From Callorhinchus milii (Eukaryota), in the NCBI RefSeq assembly GCF_018977255.1, contig NW_024704743.1, positions 2,482,001 through 2,546,000 of the forward strand: a DNA stretch of 64,000 nucleotides, in the 5' to 3' direction. Below the pieces are notes generated by a model that did not search any database, was not told the DNA's origin, and worked only from the letters and a program-made list of their open reading frames with translations. Below, in pieces: positions 13,201 through 23,900 of the stretch (positions within the stretch are counted from its first letter, which is position 1; the number at the start of each line of letters is the position of its first letter). The translations under genes were made by a program, and so were the position numbers.

Positions 13201-16041
13201 GGGAGGAGAGGGGAAAGGTGAGCATTGCTGAAAGTGTGGTGGAAACAGATTCAATAACAACTTTCAAAAAGGAATTAGATAGTTACTTGAAAAAAACAAC
13301 AAAATTACATGTGTACAGTGTTTTTCACATCGTGAGGACGTCCCAAGGCGCTGGACAGTCAGAGTTTCCGACCCGAGCTGGGGGTCGGGATAGGGGAGGG
13401 TGGAGAGCAGGTGGGGTGGGGAGAGGGTGATTGAAAGCACGGTCGAAGAGGAGGGTCTTGAGATAGGTCTTGAAGGAGGCAAGGGAGGGGACGAGGACAA
13501 ACGAAAAGGAAGAATTCACTCCCTTCTGATTCCACAAATGGTAGTCAATGCATCCATTCATAGTCTCATCACACCACTCACAACTCATCACAGGGAATAT
13601 TTTATGCAAGTGCAGACTTATAATTAGTTGACATCAGACACTGAACCATGAAATGTGCATCCCCAAGGGAAAAATAATTATTTTTAGCTGACTAATACTG
13701 CTGTAGATAATGAAATAATTAAAATTTTGTTAAGTTGCCATTATAGATAGTTTAAATATCAGAGTTTAAATATCTAGGGAATCAGATATGGCTCCAGGTA
13801 GTAAAGTAATCAGTACTTCTTGTTACTTGTTTCACAAGAATGTAAGTTATGGTCAGAGGTACAAAACTTCATTCATTCATACCATCAATGCAATCAGAAT
13901 GAGTAAATGAAACAAACCCTTTCAAGTTTGGGGATTAATTTTTCTTTCTTTCTCCCTTTCATGTGTTGTTACTCTATGTGAAATTATGTAGGGATATTAA
14001 AATTTGATCTGAGAGACACCTCAGGTGTGAGAGGAAGTGCTGCTATAAATCTATGGCATTGCTAAGGACACTTTGCAAGTGGTCCACAGCACAAGCTTGG
14101 CTGAGCAGATTTCTATTATGTTTCATTAACTTGCAGAGATAGAGCAGAGATAGACCCAAGCTGCACTTAGTGGCAGTAATGCTTGAAGTTAAACTTGAAT
14201 ACCACCAATTAATTTACTTGTCCCTCTTACCATCCGCTCCACCACTGGAGGCCACGCATTCAGCCAATACGCCCCAAAATTGTGGGACACTCTCCCTCAA
14301 TCCCTCCGCCTTGCCCCCTCTCTCCCTCAATCCCTCCTCTTTGCTTCCCCTGTTTCAAGTCCCGCCTGAAAATCTTCCTTTCAACCGTGCTTACAGTCAC
14401 CACCCTCCCGGCTCAGAGTCAGGCTCTGCCACTGTTAAGACGCCACCCTGCGTGGAGGGCGCTATATAAGTACAAGTTGTTGTTGTCTGTGTGTGTTAGT
14501 GTTTCTCTCTATGTGCGTTTGTGAGTATCTGTGTCACACTCTATTTGTTTGTGAGTGTCTCTATGTGAGTGTTTTTCTCTCTATTTGTGAGTGTCTATGT
14601 GAGCGTCTCTCTCTGTCTGTGTATCCCTTCTATGTATGGTGTGCGTTTCTGAGTGTCTCTGTGTATGTGTGTCTCTCTCTCCTCTGTCTGATTGTGCTTA
14701 TGTCTCTTTGTGCCTATGAGTGTGTGTGCGCCTTTTTCTGAGAATGTGCGACTCTCCTTGTCTGTGAGAGTGTGTGTGAGTCTCTTTGTCTGAGTTTCTA
14801 TCTCTGTGTGCAGTACTGGGCCCTGAGTCAGGAGATGGTGAGGTCCTGTAGCTATGCAGTCAGGGCATTGGTACTGAGTGTCTTTTTTGGCAGATCTCCA
14901 GGCAACAAAATACAGGGTGGGGAAAATAAAGGAAACAAAATAAGCAGAAGCAAAAAGTTTAACCAAGACCTAGACATAAGTGATGTGCAACAATAAGCCA
15001 TAATTACAATATATTTGTGAAACAAATGCAGAAAAAAATGCCAATATGCTTAAACTCGGTTTTGCGCATAGGAAGAGAGGAGAGACAGAAAAACATGTTA
15101 AGAGAAATGGGACACTGACGACAAAAACACGGAATCTCATGGGGGCGTGCATTTTGCCCACAAGATAGTCAATCTACTAAACAGCAAAGCCTGTGAAGCG
15201 CTTTGAGACGTGATAAGGTGCTATGTCAAACGCAACACCAACAACCTGCATTTATATAGCGCCGCTCACGCACTGTGGCTTCCCAGAACGCTGATGTAGG
15301 GTGGATATTATATTAAAAAAAGCTGCTCGCAATGACACACTGCACAATCATATACATAAACACACACATATAGATATTCTACGTGATATAAGAAAGACCC
15401 CCCCCGCCACCCACCAACCCGCCCCCAAAAATTATAAACCCTCCTGGGCCTCGACCTGTGCAGGATCCCTGGTGGACAACCCCTGCCCCAACACCCACCC
15501 CACCCCGGTGTGGTGAGTGAAGCCCCGGCACAGTTCGACAACAAGAAGCGATTACACTTGTAATAAAAGAGTCCTTCACGTCGGGAAGACGTCCTGGGGC
15601 GAGCAACTGGACAGTCAGGGGCGACAGCCGGAGGCGGTCGAAGAGGAGGGGGTCTTGAGACGGGACGGGACTTGAAGGAGACAAAGGGGGTGAGGGGGGG
15701 GGGTTGATCGAGTATTATAATAATAATCTTTTGACACAGCGGCCGATCGCGTCGTCGAGACGTCTCAAAATGCTTCGCCGGAGAGCGGTAGGTTGTGTGG
15801 GCAGCCAATTGCACGCAGCAGCGTTGCCGGGTTGAAGTGACCACATTATTATTATTATTGTGATGATGATGATGATGATTTCGAAGAAATTATTACAAGC
15901 ACTGCCCCCCCTCTCCCTCTCCCCTCTCCCCCCCCCTCCAGGGCTGAGACAGCCACAGCCACGGCTTTAATTACTCACAATGTACTCGCGGACTTGGCTG
16001 TGAAAGTTTTGCTCTCTGACGGTCACATCGTCAGCGTCCAT
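1203..16041 (-). CDS. LMBR1: Limb development membrane protein 1, 5' part (coding exons 1-3; gene continues left of the window)
   Basis: Join of complement(15979-16041, 7673-7745, 1203-1242) reads MDADDVTVREQNFHSQVREYI-ICFLLFAVLYTVSYFIITRYKRKT-DDHEDEDAIVNRIS, recognisably the vertebrate LMBR1 N-terminus. All junctions are GT-AG. Head-to-head with NOM1 as in other vertebrates. Confidence 0.96.
4081..4624 (-). mobile_element. SINE interrupted in its tRNA head by an L2 3' fragment
   Basis: SINE 4081-4399 and 4586-4624 flank a plus-strand L2 tail. Confidence 0.8.
4400..4585 (+). mobile_element. L2-type LINE 3' fragment
   Basis: Encodes the L2-like ORF2 end SFKSHLKTLLFD, then 3' UTR CAGCGCCTTGGGACATCC..GTGAAAGGCGCTATACAAATG(TTG)n. 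Confidence 0.8.
6147..6484 (-). mobile_element. tRNA-derived SINE (Deu-core/L2-tail type), near full length
   Basis: tRNA-like head (GTAGCTCAGTGGTTAGAGC A box; GATTCGATTCC B-box-like), central core shared with many copies in the window, tail ending CAAATGCAAGGA(TTA)n. Confidence 0.85.
7673..7745 (-). CDS. LMBR1: LMBR1 exon 2 (73 nt), first transmembrane segment
   Basis: ttttcag acceptor; ICFLLFAVLYTVSYFIITRYKRKT; GTTAGT donor. Confidence 0.95.
7866..8290 (-). mobile_element. L2-type LINE 3' fragment
   Basis: Degenerate ORF2 end (GSHAF..FRSHLKTFLFD) with a related 3' tail. Confidence 0.75.
9855..10125 (+). mobile_element. CR1-type LINE 3' end with internal 26-bp tandem amplification
   Basis: TTCACTCAAAGGGTAGTGGAAATCTGGAACTCTCT (FTQRVVEIWNSL, CR1 ORF2 end) and a shark-type CR1 tail AGCCATGATCT..GAATGGCGG..CAGGCTCGAGGG..TACTCCTGCTCCTA. 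Confidence 0.8.
12556..12740 (-). mobile_element. L2 3' fragment
   Basis: (CAA)n tail and GAAAGCACAGTCGAAGAGGAGGGTCTTGAG shared with the family. Confidence 0.75.
13295..13495 (-). mobile_element. L2 3' fragment
   Basis: SFKTYLKTLLFDRAF end and tail motif. Confidence 0.78.
14225..14487 (+). mobile_element. L2 3' fragment
   Basis: FKSRLK motif; GGCGCTATATAAGTACAAG(TTG)n tail. Confidence 0.7.
15979..16041 (-). CDS. LMBR1: LMBR1 coding exon 1 (63 nt)
   Basis: ATG in strong Kozak context (aggATGG); MDADDVTVREQNFHSQVREYI; donor GTGAGT. Confidence 0.95.
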
Positions 16042-16954
16042 CCTTCATCGAGAGGCCGAACATTTAGATCGTCCTGGTTTTATTTATTTGTTTATTTGTT
16101 TTGATGACGGGGGGGGGACGGGGGGGGACACGGGGGGGCGAATAGATTCTAATTTTTTTCTGTTATTTTTTTACAAAAAAGGAACCGTGTCGAGCGGCGG
16201 CGTGTGGAGGAGAGGGGGGGGCGAGAAAAAAAATACGTGAGAGATGATGTGGGGGGAAAAAAAACACACACACAACACACACACACAGAGAGAGATTCAA
16301 ACGGCGCCACATCCCGACGGCAGTTCTCCCTCCCCGCCTCGCGCCATTTTCCTTTCGTCACTGCGCAAGCGCAAGGGCGAAAAGCCCGCCCCCTTCGTCC
16401 CAGCAACGGCTCCTGCGATTGGTTGCCGTCGCCCACCAAGCCCCGCCCCCCCTTCCGCTTCAGGGCCTCCGCCGGCCGTTGGTCGAGACCGCGAGAGCCC
16501 CCACCCTCTCTCTCTCTCTCTCAAGCGGCTGATTGACTCGCGCTGGAGCCAATAGGAATAGGCCGGCGTTGAAGAGAAGCGCCAATCCCGATGGAGGAAT
16601 CGTGCGTGCGCGAAGGGCGGGACTTGTCAGTGGTCGCGCGAGGATGACTCCCACCCCTCCTCCCCCCCCCCCACCCACCCGCTTGCCATAGGCGTGGTGA
16701 GGGTGGGGCGGGACCATCGTATGATTGACGTGCGCTGTTGCCAATAAAACTATTGTTGGCGAATCCAAGCATCAATCACAATGGAGGAATGGGTGGTGGG
16801 GGGGGCGGGACTTGTCAATGGTCGCGCGAGGTTGACTACCCCTCCCGCCCCGTGACGCAAAGTAAACGCGACGAGACGAGCGCGTGAGGCGTTGCGAAGG
16901 GATTTTTTTTAAACTAAAAACCGTTAACGGTCGCGATCGAGAGAGAGAGAGAAC
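16042..16954. promoter_or_regulatory. Bidirectional LMBR1/NOM1 CpG-island promoter
   Basis: CpG-rich 0.9 kb between divergent start codons. YY1-like CGCCATTTT 16342-16350; NRF1-like TGCGCAAGCGCA 16362-16373; several GC boxes (near 16386, 16443, 16615, 16706, 16803); CCAAT/ATTGG boxes (near 16418, 16549, 16582, 16741); no obvious TATA. Confidence 0.85.
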
Positions 16955-17996
16955 ATGAAGAGGAAACGTCAAGGTCGGTGGGAAGCCGCGCCCGCGGGGG
17001 AGCACGAGGAGCGGCGGCGGCGGTGGTGTTGACGACGGTGCCGGTGTCTCGGCCCGGAATCTCCGGCGGTTGAAGTTCACGGTCGAGAAGTTCGTGGAGG
17101 GCAGCCGGGGGTCGCCGGAGCTCGGGGCTGCTGCCGACTGGGCAGGTCCAGGCCCCCCGGCGGGCCCCGGCCCGAGCCGCAAACAGGCCAGGAGGGAGCA
17201 GCGGCTGCTGAAGAAGCGGCGGCGGAGGGACTATTACCTGAGGAGACACTTGGAGCCGGAGCAAACGGCGGGAGAGACCCCGGGGCCGGGAGGCGAGGCC
17301 GAGGGAGAGGCCGAGGAGGAGGAGGAGACGCCGCCGGACAAGGCCGCGCGAGTGAAACCGCCCGGGAAAAGCCAGGTGGCTAAACCCGCCCCGGTCCCCC
17401 GGCCTCACGGCGGGCCGAGCGAGGCCAGGAACAGGGGTTTGCTGGAGGCCAACGAGGCCGAGGAGAAGGAGATCAAGTGGCTGGAGAGGGCCCTGGGCCT
17501 GAACAAGCGCCGCAGGAAGAGCGGCGCCATCCCGCAGTCCTTCGCCCGGGACGGGCTGGATTACATCCTGGGCGTGATCGAGCCCGGAGCCGCCGTGTCC
17601 GCCTTGTGCGATAGCGACGGGGCGGAGGAAGAGGAGGAGGAGGCGGCGGCCAGCGCCATGCAGAAACTGATGGCTGAGGAGGAGCCCAGTCAGTCTGAAG
17701 CTGCTGAGGAAGGTGAAGCTGCTGAGGAAGGTGAAGCTGCTGAGGAAGGTGAAGCCGATGAGGAAGGTGAAGCCGCTGAGGAAGGTGAAGCCGCTGAGGA
17801 AGGTGAAGCCGCTGAGGAAGGTGAAGCTGCTGAGGAAGGTGAAGCTGATGAGGAAGGTGAAGCTGACGTGCCCTCAGACAATGAAAGTGGAGTGGAGGAG
17901 GAGGAGGAGGCGATGGAAGTGGAAACTGCCCACAGTCTTGAGGACAGACTTGAATTACACGAGAGCGACTCTGGACGAACCCCTGGGAAGGACAAG
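16955..17996 (+). CDS. NOM1: NOM1 exon 1 (basic/acidic low-complexity N-terminus); start position uncertain
   Basis: Open frame 16959-17996 contains RRLKFTVEKFV, LLEANEAEEKEIKWLERALGL, IPQSFARDGLDYILG; donor AAG|GTGGGT at 17997. ATG 16955 (MKRK) is in a different frame. Confidence 0.85.
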
Positions 17997-20900
17997 GTGG
18001 GTCTCGCTTTCACACCTGCCCTCCCCCATCACCCGTAAGCGGTCAAGCTTCCAGCCTCCAGTCGGTCAACTTCACAGTATAGTTTGTGAAGCCCTTAAGA
18101 CGTGATAAGGCGCTATCCTCAAGCCCCTCTCGTGCCCCCCACGCTCTGGAACTCCGTCCCAACAGTCCCTACGACTCGCCCCTTCAGTTACCTCTTTCAT
18201 TCACAAGATCTTTTTTTCTCTTCAACCGTGCCTTCAGCTCCCCTCTCGACTCTCTACCCCCTCCTCGTTCCCTCACCCTGACCATTGCCCCCCTGCTCGG
18301 GTCCCGACCCAACTGTCCAGCACCTTGGGACATCCTCCCAATGTGAAAGGCGCTCTCTAAATGCAATCTTGTTGTTGTTGTTTGAGGGCCTCGGGTCTTG
18401 AATCATCTTCCCACACCCCCAACTTGAGTGCATACTATTGAAGTCCACAGGGACATTGGAACAGGAGTACACCATTCATCCCTTTGAGTCTGTTCCGCCA
18501 CTCTATTTACTTGAATTGACAGGTGCTTTAACTCAGAAAGGTTTCAAATTGAGCTCTATGTATCCATACCTGATATCTGCACAATCCCCTTTACCTGTGA
18601 TGGGGAGCGTTGTCACTGAATAGCAGGTAGGTTTGGGGTCCCAGCTTATTTCTCTATACAACCAACAATTGTGTAATTCACCAAAACATTGTCTCAAAGT
18701 ATTTGTAATATTGAATGTATTTTCCACAGACTCAAAATGTTAAACATCAGCGAGACACTTTACTGGATATCTGATGAAAATAATGGCTGTGCTGGGCAAA
18801 AATTTTGAACGCTTTACTGATGTTCTAGATAGCCAATAACATTTATATAGCGCAATTCATGCAGGTTAGGACAGCGCTTGAACCTGTTTATATTTTCCCA
18901 AAATATAGATTCAAAAATAATCATTGCATTTGATTGATAACACCTTTCAAGACCCAAATAAATTTGGTTCAGTCCATGGTTTTATGTGGAACATTGCTCA
19001 AATTAGCTGCTGTGTTCACTCACAAAACACATAATCACACCACTCTAGAGTGTAACCCACAAAGCACTTTGAGACATCTCAAATCAGAATGCAAGGATCA
19101 GTTTTACCCTGGAGTCATTTGCAAATGGATCCAATGGTATAATCTAAATTATGCATTACTTAGGTAGAAAGATCAAATGGAAAATATATCCCTCCACAAT
19201 TACGTAGAATGGATGTGAAGAAAAAGGAAGAACTTGAAAGACTGAAGAAGGCTGTGAAAGGACTTCTGAATAGGTATGAAGATTGTTACATCTTTTAATG
19301 TAAGTTTAAGTCTTGTTTGCTAACAATCCTAGAGAATTTTTGATTTTGAAGATGGGAAATGTTCCATTTATAACCCCGGTTTCTGGGAGGAGCTAAGATT
19401 CTCTTGGTTCTCATCTTGAATTGTTTCATGTATACTGCTTGTGAGATCATTACAATAAATAGTTACAGTACATAGTTCATATTTTAAATGCCACTCTTAT
19501 TTAACCCTTTCCACAGGTTGAGTGAACCTAACATGGCCTCCATTAGTGGTCAGTTTGAAGAGCTTTACATGACCAACAGTCGTAAAGATATGAATGATAC
19601 TCTGACAGATCTCCTCTTGGCTGCCTGTGTCACTCCTGCCTTGATGCCTGACAGACTGCTGATGGAGCATGTTCTGTTAGTTAGCATTCTTCATCACAAT
19701 GTTGGAATTGAGGTGACCACAAAAAACAGTTTATTTGTAGTATTAAGTGGAGGTCCTTCTATGTGTTATTTTTAAAATGCATTTATTAGATGTACATTAC
19801 AATTTTATGTACTTAAAAATAAATATCAGAACTCAGTCTAGCCCCATTGCAATGTAGCCCATACAATTAGACCCTGCATTATTGAGTTAATCACTAACTT
19901 ATTTTCTTGTCCCAGCGATGACTCTAAATGTGTTCCTACATTTGAAACTCATATATAGTATATATAATGTATATTTTCTATATATATTTCTCTTAAATTC
20001 TTGTTTTTTTTAAAAAAAGCTATCCACCTATGAAATTCCCTGAGTGATGTCAAGCCTATATCTCCTGCGTTTCAAAGTTGCACCTGGCTTAATATTTTAA
20101 CTGGAAAAAATTGGTGTTAATTTGGAAGCTGATTCTTTTTAACAACTGCAGAAACTGGCTAAAAGATGATAATAATTAATAATTAGGACATCCTCTTAAA
20201 TCTAATTCAGATTGTGTTTAAGTTTCTTAGGTATCCACAAATCCACTCAAGTCTTAATTCAAGTTCAAATGCTTTTATAGGTAAAGATTTATTTATAGGC
20301 AAAGAGCAGGTGGAATTATGTTACTTTGGTTCTTAAATTCAAAGTTAATATTGTGCAGTGGAAACTATTTTGGTTTAGTTCATAATAACAATGATAATTA
20401 GTTAGGGGGGAGAAAGTGGCTTTAAAGGAGATAAAGTATAACTAATGCAGAACTTGCAGCAATAATGGCTGACAGCTTTAATTGGTTAGTATTGAATAAA
20501 ACCTGTTAGAGTCCTTGTTTAGTTATTTGTTTAGTGCCTATACAATAATAGTTAAGAATTTATTGAAATTCAATTCTAAATCTAAAGTGAGTTAAATGAT
20601 GTGTTGTCGATAATGACTCCAATTACTGTGTAGTAGAATTAAAGATTAACATTTGTTTTACAGGTGGGAGCCCATGTTTTGGAAATAGTAGTGAAGAAGT
20701 TCGATGAACTGTCTCAACATTATACTGAGGGAAAAGAATGCGATAACTTAATCAACTTGGTTGCACACCTTTACAACTTTCACGTGATTCACGCTGTTTT
20801 AATGTTCGATATTCTCAAGAAGCTCACAAGCAACTTCAAAGAAAAGGACATTGAACTGATCCTTTTTTTACTGAAGCGTGTTGGATTTTCCCTGCGGAAG

Positions 20901-23900
20901 GATGATGCTCTGGCATTGAAGGGGTTGATTTTGGAGGGGCAAAACAAAGCCAACAGTGTTGGGAAGCAATTTCAGGACCAGACCAGGGTAGGATTTGTTT
21001 TCATGGAAATTTATTATAAAATGACTGAGGAGGTTTAACATATACTAGTTCTCTCATCAGAATCCGGCTGAGGAAGGAGTGAATTTAAACTGTCAGGCAT
21101 TGGTGCCACAATGGTATAGTAAATTGTGTGTAACTCATCACTATCCTGTTCCAGGTTCGATTTATGTTGGAAACAATGCTTGCACTAAAAAACAATGATG
21201 TACGGAAAATCCCCGGTTATGATCCTGAACCCGTTGAAAGACTTCGAAAACTGCAGCGAACTCTGGTAATGCCATAACTGTTTTTCAAATGCCACAAAAA
21301 AAATGTACATCCTTTACTCTGAACTTTTCAGCTGGAAGTTTGGGCCAAGCTTATCTGAGGTTGAAAAATGAAAACCATGAAATGAAAAGGGTAATTCAAA
21401 AGTACATTTCCTTTAGATTGTTGATTGTATACAGTCTTTTTTAATGTAAAGGATCACCTAAAGCTAGTTTCCCAGTTTTGGTGCTTCAATCTAATTGTGA
21501 AAACCTCCATAATAAAGACGAATTCAAAATACTAAATAATATCCAACAACTTACATTTATATAGTGCCCCTAACCCAGGTCAGTGTTACAAATCCAGACA
21601 TATGTCCAAATATTATAAATCAAATTTCATAAATCAGATGTAAACTGCAGTGCAAGATGTTGATTCGCTGACTAGAATAAATTCTTGTTGTACTTTACCT
21701 CCTGCTTATATTCCAAATGTAAATTATTGTGGATGGTTTGCTCGATGTTTTTAAAAATCAAGTTCCATTCAAACTCCATGCGCACAGCTGTGTCCCACAA
21801 ACAGTCGTGTATCGAGTAATCAAATAATTTTTTTTTTTTGAAGGGATTACTACTCCCGGAAAAGCGATCTCCCAATTGACTAACAACCGGGTTCCTACTT
21901 ACTACTAAGTAAACCAAGGCTTGTGGAGTAAGAAAAGTTGCCCAATGTTTTGCCCTGCTAGAAATCAAACCTAGGCGAGTGCTTGCGGGGCGAGCATGAC
22001 TGTGGACTTGAGAAGGAAAACATTCCAGGAACATGATATTGTCAACCTTATTGGTTTCAACCTTTGCAGGCTGATAATTCTGAGCAGAACAATGTATCAA
22101 GAAGAAACACTTAAAACTGTGGTAATCTAAAATAAAAGTATTACAAATGCACAGAGGCAGGTCAGTGGCTGAAAGCTGTCTGAGAAGTTGAAATTTCAGA
22201 TGTAGCCTTCTACTAAAACCCAGTTCTTTCAGATATGGTAACGGGTGACATCCGAAGCGTTTTCTTTTTTAACTATGTTAAACTTGTGTAATATACTGTT
22301 CCCAGCAGTAGATGGCATAGGAGTGTATTCCCAGTACAGTGCTGCTATCTGTCTGCAGGAATCCAAAGCAGATTGTCTGTCAAACATCAAGTCCTGGATG
22401 AGAGCCTAGTTTCACCAGTTGAATGTTGACAAGACTGAGGTTCTCCTATTCATGGATGCACTCTGCAACTCACAGAGCCAGTACAGAACTTTGGTGTCTT
22501 GTTCATCCCTCAACTGTCTTTTAAAGCCCCACATCCGTACCGTGAAGCATACTGCCTTCCCCCACCTCCGCATCATTGCCTGACTCCGCCACTACCCTCC
22601 CCTCAGGCTGCCAAGATCATCAGCCATGCTTTCATTTCGTCCAGGCTTTTTCTTACAATTCTTACCTCCACAAAATGTTCAGAACTCTGCAGCTCATGTC
22701 CTCTCCCACACTGAGCTCCATGAGATGATCAGCCCTATCCAGTGATTAGAAAGCATTAATTAAGGTAGTTAGCAGGAGGAGTGGGAGGTGATTTTTTTTT
22801 CAAACCCAGAGTGACTTAGGACATGCAATGCTCTTCTGGAGAAATGGTTGAGGCAGAAACTACATTGGCTTCACAAGGTTACTAAATAAATGCTTAAAAG
22901 GTAGTCAACTACAGGGGTTTGAAGGAGGGCAGGTAAATGGGACTGAAAAGTTTGTTCTTTAAAGAGCCTCCAGCATAGATACGATAGGTCGAATGGCATT
23001 CTTTGTAAATTTCTATGGTTCACAAGATTTGCTGTGAAGTATTATAGTTTGGGGCTGAACGCAGCAGCCAATTTGCACGCAGCAATAACCCACAAAAAGC
23101 CAGGAAGTAAATGAGGAATTTTATCTGGGGATTGTTGGCCAAGAAACAGGAGACATTCCTTTCTCTATTCAAACAGTAACTGGATTTTTAACATCCAGGT
23201 TACCACAAGTACCACAGCAGTGTTTGCATGAGTTGCAGTGTCGCGGTCTGTTGAATTGGGAAACAGAACATTGCATTTGTACTTCATTCACAAAGGTGGA
23301 AAGTACAGTGACAGAAAACGTTCCAGCATAAATTTCAATTACACCAATGAAAAGGTTAATGCTGTACTTTTGCATATCCCAACTGTAAATTTATCTGTTT
23401 GGTTTCGGCAGAAATGTTTGCATTACTGTTAAAAGGGACCATTACAGGGACACTTCAGAAGATGTGATGTTTTTTATTGCTACTGTACCTCAATGTGAAA
23501 TTTATAGGCTGAAAGATAAACAGTGTGTGACCTGGCATTTCCCTCATCCACAACAGTATTTCAAGTTCTATTTTAAAATGGTAATCTTAGTCTTCAGTGA
23601 TATCTGATTTCTCTAAATCTACAATATAGTGGGTGGGAGGTAGTGGGACTTTTTAGTTAATTGCAACCTACCATTAGGAAAGCATCCAAGACAGGTGGTT
23701 AATGGCTGTGTGATATAACTAAAAGCAGTAGTAAAAAAAACATGGAAAATAAAATATGGGTAAGTTCAATTTACATTTATTATTTATTTAGGTGACCTGG
23801 CCCAACAATCCACCAAATAAAACTAGTGACTCACTCCACAACTATTTGTGGGACACTGCATGTGCAATTGGCTGCTGCATTTTTTACCCACAAAATACAG

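Noticed and set aside
18730..18775. Possible extra NOM1 exon after tttccacag
   Set aside because: In-frame TGA after 14 codons; the 11-exon model is complete without it.
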